Below, one piece after another: positions 26,491-32,623 of a stretch of DNA of 32,623 nt (position 1 is its first letter; the number at the start of each line of letters is the position of its first letter). The notes beneath the pieces are model-generated. The model was not told the DNA's origin and ran no database searches. It saw only the letters and a list, made by a program, of their open reading frames with translations. Source of the DNA: a virus (Duplodnaviria > Caudoviricetes). The stretch covers positions 1-32,623 of the IMG/VR virus record IMGVR_UViG_3300017785_007220, one strand, 5' to 3'. Both the position numbers and the translations under genes were made by a program.

Positions 26491-27917
26491 TGCCGCTGAC
26501 ACTCGACGAACAGGCGCTGTATCAGCGACTGATGGACGAGGCTGGACGCCGGTCGAGTGCGCGGTTCAATACCTTCTTTGCCGATAGCGGTCCCACCGCC
26601 CGTGTCCTGTATCCGCGCCACTTGGAGTTCTTTGCCCAAGGCAAGGTCTTCAAGGAACGGCTGTTCATGGCCGCGAACCGTGTCGGGAAATCGGAGGCGG
26701 GCGCGTACGAACTGACCTGTCACCTCACCGGCCTGTATCCGCCGTGGTGGGCGGGTCGTCGGTTTGAGACGCCGGTTGAATGCTGGGCGGTCGGCACCAA
26801 CAGCCAGACGACGCGGGACATTGTGCAAGCCAAACTGCTGGGGTCGGTGCAGTTGCCGGGGACCGGTATGATTCCGGCGCACCTGATTCTGTCCACCATT
26901 AGTTCACGCGGTCTGCCCGGGGCGCTGGAAGGTGCGGTCATCAAGCACAGCAGCGGCGGGTCCAGTCTATTGGGCCTGAAGACCTACGAGCAGGGCCGAC
27001 CGAGTTTTGAAGGCACAAGTAAGCATGTCATCTGGTGCGATGAAGAACCGCCAGCGGATTGCTATACGGAGATGTTGTACCGCACGGTGACCACGAAGGG
27101 CATTGTGATGGTGACGTTTACCCCGCTGCAAGGCATGAGCGCCGTCGTGAAGGGATTCTTGGAACCTGAGACGGAAGCGTCGGCGGAGTTCAAGACGTTC
27201 ATTCAAGCGGGATGGAAGGACGTGCCGCATCTGGATGTGGATGAGCGTCGGGCCTTGATGGCGACCACGCCGCCCTACCAGATTGCGGCACGGACTGAAG
27301 GCGAACCGAGTCTAGGGTCCGGCGCGATTTATCCGATTAGCGAAAAGGATATTCTTGTCCCGACCGCGGAGATTCCCGAGACGTGGCGTCGGGTCTACGC
27401 GATGGATGTGGGCTGGAACCGGACGGCGGTGGTCTGGGGCGCACAAGACCCCGGCTCTGGGCAGATTGTGTTGTATGACGAGCATTATCAGGGGCAGGGC
27501 GAACCGGCCAGTCATGCGGAAGCGGTCAAGGCCCGTGGGGCGTGGATGTCGGGCGTGATCGATCCCGCGTCATCGGGCAGCAGCCAGATTGACGGACGCA
27601 CCTTGATTCAAATTTATGGACGCCTTGGGTTGAAGCTGGACCCCGCGGTCAATGCGGTGGAATCGGGCATTACTGAGACGTGGAACTTGCTGGTGTCGGG
27701 GCGGCTGAAGGTGCAGGAGCATCTCCGCAACTGGCGCAGCGAGTTTCGGAAGTATCATCGGGACGAGCAGGGCAAGATTGTGAAGAGCGGCGACCATTTG
27801 ATGGACGCCACGCGGTATCTGATTATTTCCGGGCGGTCGCAGATGCGAGTGGCGCCGACGCCGACCGCTCGTCCGTCACGGGCGTGGGCACAAAGCTCTA
27901 GCTGGATGGCGCATTAG
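26490..27917 (+). CDS. terL: Terminase large subunit (P22 gp2-like), 475 aa
   Basis: Walker A RLFMAANRVGKS, Walker B IWCDEEPP, TFTPLQG motif, nuclease AMDVGW...DHLMDATRY. Confidence 0.95.
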   Translation: MPLTLDEQALYQRLMDEAGRRSSARFNTFFADSGPTARVLYPRHLEFFAQGKVFKERLFMAANRVGKSEAGAYELTCHLTGLYPPWWAGRRFETPVECWAVGTNSQTTRDIVQAKLLGSVQLPGTGMIPAHLILSTISSRGLPGALEGAVIKHSSGGSSLLGLKTYEQGRPSFEGTSKHVIWCDEEPPADCYTEMLYRTVTTKGIVMVTFTPLQGMSAVVKGFLEPETEASAEFKTFIQAGWKDVPHLDVDERRALMATTPPYQIAARTEGEPSLGSGAIYPISEKDILVPTAEIPETWRRVYAMDVGWNRTAVVWGAQDPGSGQIVLYDEHYQGQGEPASHAEAVKARGAWMSGVIDPASSGSSQIDGRTLIQIYGRLGLKLDPAVNAVESGITETWNLLVSGRLKVQEHLRNWRSEFRKYHRDEQGKIVKSGDHLMDATRYLIISGRSQMRVAPTPTARPSRAWAQSSSWMAH

Positions 27918-27920
27918 CAC

Positions 27921-30350
27921 ATGGCACAGATTGACGACCTGAAGCAGGCACTCGACCGGTTCAAAATTGGCTCTGACGCGGATGTCGATCAGCGCCATCG
28001 CGAGGTCGATGCGCTGCGTTTTCAGGTGCCCGACCTGTGCTGGCCGACCGATGTGAAAGACCAGCGCAAGCCGCAGTTGATTGGCGGCGTCGCCATTCCG
28101 CAGCGTCCGATGTTGAGCATCCCTAGCCTCGACCACCCGATTCAGTTGGTGCTGAACGCGGAGAAGGCCGCGCATTTGGGCGTCAGTGTGCATCCGCTGT
28201 CTGATGAAGCCAGCGATGACACGGCGGAAGTCATTCAGGGGCTGTATCGGCGCATTGAAGTAGAAAGCCGTGCCGGACTGGCGCGGAGTTGGGCGTTTGA
28301 ACGGGCGGTGAAGGCGGGCCGTGGCTATTACCGCGTGATTACGGAGCCAGACCCGGATAGCGACGATGCCTTTGACCAGCGCATCATCATTAAACGCATC
28401 CTCCAGCAGGGCAGCGTGGTGCTGGACCCGTTCGCACAAGAACCGGACTTTTCGGACGGGCAGTGGGCGTTCCTGACCAACGACATGCCGTGGGACACCT
28501 ATAAGCGCCGGTATCCGAACAGCCAGATGGCCAGTTACACCGAGGAGGAACTGTCCACGGTGGGGACGACCACGCAGCATTGGGTGTCAGGCAGCGAAGG
28601 GGCCGCTCGTGCGGTACGGGTGGCCGAATATTACCGGCTGGAATACGAGACGAGTCGGAAAGTGCTGCTTGATGACGGGTCGGAATCGATGGAGGACGCC
28701 ATCCCAGAGGGTCGGACGGCCAGAACCGGCGCAGACGCTCGCACTAAGATTGAGAAGAAGCCCATCCTGTATTGGTCGACCATTAACGCCATCGAGGAGT
28801 TGGAACCGAAGCAGGCGATGGACGGGCGCTACATCCCGATTATCCCGGTGGTCGGCCGCGAACTGATTCCGTTTGAAGCCGAACGGCGGTGGGTCGGCAT
28901 GATTGAGCCGAACAAGGACGCCGTGCGTCTGCTGAACTACAGCGCGTCCAGTGCTGTCGAAATGGCGAGTCTGGAAACCAAAGCGCCGTACACGATGGTG
29001 GAAGGCCAGGAAGAAGGCCACGAGCAGGAGTGGCAACTCGCCAATGTCCGCAACTTCCCCTATCTGCGGTACCGTAACGTCAGTTTGAACGGCACCCCGG
29101 CGCCCCCGCCGCAACGCACTCAAGTTGATACGTCGCGGCTGGGCCCCAGCATGTTGCTGTTGCAGCAAGCGCGAGAGTTTATCCATGAGGGCACGGGCGC
29201 GTATGAGTCCGCACTGGGGCAGCAAGCGACCAATGCCAAGAGTGGCCGTGCGGTGCTGGCCCTCCAGAACCAGCACACTGCGGGGTCGAGCCATTTTCTC
29301 GACAACCTTGCGGAAATCAGCTTGACGTACGAAGCCAAGGTGGTCCTTGACCTGATTCCGTACATCTATGACCGGCCCGGTCGCGTGGCCCGCATCTTGG
29401 ACCGCGAGGACAACGCCAAGACGGTGATGTTGAATCAGCCGTTTACCATGAATCCGCAGACCAAGCGCCCAGTGGCCGCGATGCCCCCGCCGCCGCCAGC
29501 CGCCCCGCAGATGGGCATGGGCCAGCCGCCGCAGGGTCAGCCGATGGGCATACCCGGAGCGCCGCCTGCGCCTCCACAGCGTCCACAAGGCAAGGTGCTG
29601 CATTACGACCTGAAGAAGGGCCGCTACGGCGTGGTGGTCAGTATCGGCAAGTCGTACAAGAGCCGCAACGAAGAAGGCGCGGACGAGATGGGCAATCTGT
29701 TCCAAGCGAACCCGAGCCTGTTCCCGATTCTGGGCGACATCTACCTGAAGTTCCGTGACTTCCCCGGTCATCTGGAAGCCGCCGAGCGTGTGAAGAAGAT
29801 GCTGCCGCCACCGCTGCAAGCGAAGGACGACGGGCCTGATCCGCAGCAGTTGCAGCAGCAGTTGCAGCAAGCGGGGCAGATGGTTGAGCAGTTGACGAAG
29901 GCGCTGGACGAGAAGACCAAGTTGCTGGAGATGGACGGTCAGAAGCTGCAGATGCAAGCGCAGACGGCGCAGAGTGACCAGCAGGCCAAGCTGGAAATCG
30001 AGCGGATGCGGAACGAGACGCAACTGGCGATTACGGCCATGAAGATTCGCGCCGACGAAGCCGGGGCGATTTTTGCGGCGGAAGTGAACCGGGTCGGCAC
30101 GGGCGCACAGCAACAGCATCTGCAACAGATGGCGGCGATGCAGGCGGGTCACGCGCAGGAACAGTCGGCGCAGGACCACATCCAGTCGCAGCAGATGGGG
30201 CAGCAGCAGGCGATGCATGCACAGGAAGCGTCCATGCAAGACCAGCAGCAAGACGCCGCCTTATCGGCCCAGAACGGCGGGATGAACATGGAAGGCAGTC
30301 CTGAAGACATGGCCGCAGACGCCCAACAGATGCCGGAGGAAATGATATGA
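27921..30350 (+). CDS. Portal protein (P22 gp1-like), 809 aa
   Basis: Follows terL; AFERAVKAGRGYYRV, YIPIIPVVG, SGRAVLALQ and GRYGVVVSIGKSYKSR motifs; Gln-rich C-terminal coiled coil. Confidence 0.9.
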   Translation: MAQIDDLKQALDRFKIGSDADVDQRHREVDALRFQVPDLCWPTDVKDQRKPQLIGGVAIPQRPMLSIPSLDHPIQLVLNAEKAAHLGVSVHPLSDEASDDTAEVIQGLYRRIEVESRAGLARSWAFERAVKAGRGYYRVITEPDPDSDDAFDQRIIIKRILQQGSVVLDPFAQEPDFSDGQWAFLTNDMPWDTYKRRYPNSQMASYTEEELSTVGTTTQHWVSGSEGAARAVRVAEYYRLEYETSRKVLLDDGSESMEDAIPEGRTARTGADARTKIEKKPILYWSTINAIEELEPKQAMDGRYIPIIPVVGRELIPFEAERRWVGMIEPNKDAVRLLNYSASSAVEMASLETKAPYTMVEGQEEGHEQEWQLANVRNFPYLRYRNVSLNGTPAPPPQRTQVDTSRLGPSMLLLQQAREFIHEGTGAYESALGQQATNAKSGRAVLALQNQHTAGSSHFLDNLAEISLTYEAKVVLDLIPYIYDRPGRVARILDREDNAKTVMLNQPFTMNPQTKRPVAAMPPPPPAAPQMGMGQPPQGQPMGIPGAPPAPPQRPQGKVLHYDLKKGRYGVVVSIGKSYKSRNEEGADEMGNLFQANPSLFPILGDIYLKFRDFPGHLEAAERVKKMLPPPLQAKDDGPDPQQLQQQLQQAGQMVEQLTKALDEKTKLLEMDGQKLQMQAQTAQSDQQAKLEIERMRNETQLAITAMKIRADEAGAIFAAEVNRVGTGAQQQHLQQMAAMQAGHAQEQSAQDHIQSQQMGQQQAMHAQEASMQDQQQDAALSAQNGGMNMEGSPEDMAADAQQMPEEMI

Positions 30351-30637
30351 GTGCCGCGTGGACACGCAAGGAAGGCAAGAACCCCGAAGGTGGTCTGAAC
30401 GCCAAAGGCCGAGCGTCGTATCACGCCGAAACGGGTGGCACTTTGCGTCCTCCCGTCAAATCTGGGGACAATCCACGACGTGCCAGTTTTCTGGCGCGGA
30501 TGGGCAATATGTTAGGGCCAATGACCGAACCTGACGGTGATCCCACACGGTTGGCATTGTCGTTGCGGGCGTGGGGCGCATCAAGCAAAGAAGACGCCCG
30601 AGCTAAAGCCGCGGCCATTAGCCAAAGAAATAAATAG
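30347..30637 (+). CDS. Small basic conserved phage protein (DUF6321-like), 96 aa
   Basis: AWTRKEGKNPEGGLNAKGRASY...RRASFLARMG...TRLALSLRAWG; the family name is from recall. Confidence 0.65.
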   Translation: MSAAWTRKEGKNPEGGLNAKGRASYHAETGGTLRPPVKSGDNPRRASFLARMGNMLGPMTEPDGDPTRLALSLRAWGASSKEDARAKAAAISQRNK

Positions 30638-30642
30638 CGCAA

Positions 30643-30671
30643 TTGACCTAACACAATAATCTAGTAATAAT
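30643..30671 (+). promoter_or_regulatory. Candidate sigma70-like promoter for scaffold/coat genes
   Basis: AT-rich island with TTGACC followed 16-17 nt later by TAATAAT. Confidence 0.45.
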
Positions 30672-30691
30672 GACCGGGAATTAAATAGCTG

Positions 30692-30839
30692 ACGTTCTCA
30701 CTCGGGCGCGACTCATGACCGCGCCGACAACCGCCCCCCAGCGGGTGAGACGACAAGGGGACGCACGACGAAGGGGACGTGTCATCTGGCCTGAGAGCCA
30801 TGAGGACCGTCCCTTTTGCGTTGTTTCCCCCCTTTTTTT
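30692..30839 (+). ncRNA. Structured RNA leader/attenuator upstream of the scaffold gene
   Basis: Multi-stem junction (30693-30752), then a long hairpin (30755-30834) ending in a T7 tract just before the GAGGA RBS. Confidence 0.5.
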
Positions 30840-30849
30840 GACGAGGATT

Positions 30850-31755
30850 ATGACGACAGACGCAGGCCAGGTGACCGACGGCGACATCACGATTGACTCT
30901 AACCACGAGACCGTGGACCAAATTCAATCCGCGTTTGCTGACGATCCCATCCCCGAGTCCTCACAGGCGGCTGCATCAGCAGACGCCGTGTCTGTCGAGA
31001 AACCCGTCGAGAAACGGCGCAGTCGCAGTGAGAGTGCGTCAGAAGCGGTCTCCTCCGCCGTGGGCAAGCAACGGGCGGCAGAGCGCCGTGCCGACGCCGC
31101 CGAAGCCCGGATCGCAGAGTTATCACGTCCGGCCGAGCCTGCGCCTGCGCCCCCCGCGCACGGCAGCGAATGGGCACGATTCAAGGACATGCCCGGCGTC
31201 CCGACGGTGGACCAGTTTGACGTCTACGAAGACTACTCGATGGCGATGGCGACCTTTGTCTCGGACGTGCGAGACGAGGAGCGCCAGACGCAACGACAGG
31301 AACGCGACCAGCAGTCCCGCATCCAGCAGTATCAAACGCAGATGGATACGGCATGGACTGACCGGTTGACGGCGGCGCGTGGGAAGAACCCGAACTTGGA
31401 TGCGGAGTTGAACCCCGATACGCCGATGAGTCTGCCCATGCAACATCTGGTCAAAGACTCGCCGCTCGGGATTGAACTCCTGCAGTGGCTCTCCGCGCAT
31501 CCCGACGAATCTCAGCGACTCTCCACGCTGCACCCGGCAGACACCTACCGGGAAATGGGGAAACTCGAAGGCCGACTCGAAGCTGCTTCTTCTCCACGCG
31601 GCCCAGCACGAGTCGTGAGTAATGCGAGAGCGCCTATCAAGCCGCTGGGCACCTCGCCTCCTGTCTCTGACCCATTTGAGATTAGCGATGACTTGTCGAT
31701 GGATGAACACTTCCGTCGCATGAATGCCGTGGATCGCCAAGCGGGTCGTTTGTAA
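30850..31755 (+). CDS. Capsid scaffolding protein, 301 aa
   Basis: Lies between portal and coat; acidic, helical, coiled-coil; APIKPLG motif; GAGGA RBS before the ATG at 30850. Confidence 0.8.
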   Translation: MTTDAGQVTDGDITIDSNHETVDQIQSAFADDPIPESSQAAASADAVSVEKPVEKRRSRSESASEAVSSAVGKQRAAERRADAAEARIAELSRPAEPAPAPPAHGSEWARFKDMPGVPTVDQFDVYEDYSMAMATFVSDVRDEERQTQRQERDQQSRIQQYQTQMDTAWTDRLTAARGKNPNLDAELNPDTPMSLPMQHLVKDSPLGIELLQWLSAHPDESQRLSTLHPADTYREMGKLEGRLEAASSPRGPARVVSNARAPIKPLGTSPPVSDPFEISDDLSMDEHFRRMNAVDRQAGRL

Positions 31756-31775
31756 CCCTGTAATGAGGATGACTG

Positions 31776-32623
31776 ATGGCTAATACACTCGCCACCCCGT
31801 CTTGGACGACCAAGGAAGTTGCACGAGGCTTTATCAACAAGCTCGTGTTTCTGGCCAACGTCAACCGGACCTACGATTCGCAGTACGAAATTGCTGGCGC
31901 GAAAGTCGGCAATACGGTCAATGCCCGACTGCCCCAGCGATTCACCGTGACGGACGGACAGGCGCTGCAGTTGCAGAACCTGTACGACCAGACGGTCCCG
32001 ATTTCGCTGACCAACCAGAAGAACGTCGCGTTTGGCTATAGCAGCCAACAGGCGACGACCGAGCTGGACAATATCCGCGCACGATATGTGGAGCCGGGGT
32101 CTGAAGCTCTTGCCAACGCGGCTGAAGTGCTGGCGTTCAACGCGGTGTACCGCGACATCTACAGCGCCGTGGGCACTCCGGGTACCACGCCGAGCGCGAC
32201 CATTACGTATCTGCAGGCGGGCGTGAAGCTGACTGACCTCTCGACTCCGCTCAAGGGTCGCGTGGCGGTGCTAGACCCGCTGGCGATGTCCACCCTGGCG
32301 AACACCACCAGCAGCCTGTTCAACCCCACGGCCATCATCTCGGAGAACTACGAAGAGGGCATGTTTGGGCGTCGGCAGTTGGGCGTCGATAAGTGGCTGC
32401 AGGACCCAGTGCGTCCGACCCACACCACCGGTACGTTCACCGCCTCGACCCCGCTGGTCAACGGCGCGAGCCAGACCGGTAGCACCATTTCGATCAACGG
32501 CTGGGCGTCTGGCGCGTCGGCCCTCAAGAAGGGCGACATTTTCACCATCGCTGGCGTGAACAGCGTGAACCCGCTGTCCTACTCGTCCACGGGTCGTCTT
32601 CAGCAGTTTGTCGTCACTGCTGA
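31776..32623 (+). CDS. Major capsid protein (P22 gp5-like), 3'-truncated by the window edge (not in the ORF track)
   Basis: MANTLATPSWTTKEVARGFINKLVFLANVNRTYDSQYEIAGAKVGNTVNARLPQRF...LKKGDIFTIAGVNSVNP; GAGGA RBS; the frame is open to the end. Confidence 0.92.
   Translation, partial: MANTLATPSWTTKEVARGFINKLVFLANVNRTYDSQYEIAGAKVGNTVNARLPQRFTVTDGQALQLQNLYDQTVPISLTNQKNVAFGYSSQQATTELDNIRARYVEPGSEALANAAEVLAFNAVYRDIYSAVGTPGTTPSATITYLQAGVKLTDLSTPLKGRVAVLDPLAMSTLANTTSSLFNPTAIISENYEEGMFGRRQLGVDKWLQDPVRPTHTTGTFTASTPLVNGASQTGSTISINGWASGASALKKGDIFTIAGVNSVNPLSYSSTGRLQQFVVTA

Noticed and set aside
28587-30251. 554-aa minus-strand ORF
   Set aside because: Antisense shadow of the portal gene; the Leu/His richness comes from reversed Gln/Met codons.
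30786-30806. Hammerhead ribozyme or TPP riboswitch suggested by CTGAGA
   Set aside because: No CUGAnGA/GAAA core arrangement and no other TPP aptamer elements.
30715-30849. N-terminal extension of the scaffold ORF in the ORF track
   Set aside because: It runs through the structured leader and T-tract; a GAGGA RBS supports the ATG at 30850 instead.
32621-32623. Terminal TGA as the capsid stop codon
   Set aside because: It is out of frame (the frame reads GCT GA.), so the gene continues beyond the window.

Overview
Most of the genome of a GC-rich, P22-like (podovirus-type) tailed bacteriophage, circularly permuted in the window. A plus-strand late arm starts at about 26.0 kb (terminase small and large subunits, P22-like portal, a small basic protein, scaffold, and a P22-gp5-like coat protein that runs off the right edge). 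It apparently resumes at the left edge with DNA-ejection/pilot proteins, a 2029-aa polyvalent protein (zincin HExxH plus LPD38-like C-terminus), a cluster of small tail-fibre genes and an unusual lysis/envelope cassette (holin-like protein, DUF5675 lysin, large lipoprotein, second holin-like protein, 12-Cys secreted protein). A minus-strand early/middle arm runs from about 25.0 kb to 15.1 kb: multi-Zn-finger protein plus M28-like peptidase, DUF3846 protein, PD-(D/E)xK protein, HTH regulator, Sak3-like annealase/YqaJ exonuclease/SSB-like recombination module, a stand-alone replication-initiator C-terminal domain, a DGQHR/ParB-like protein, a VRR-NUC-like nuclease and HTH proteins. I recognised no integrase, helicase, primase, DNA polymerase, tRNA or CRISPR array. 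All family assignments come from motif recognition by eye, not database searches.
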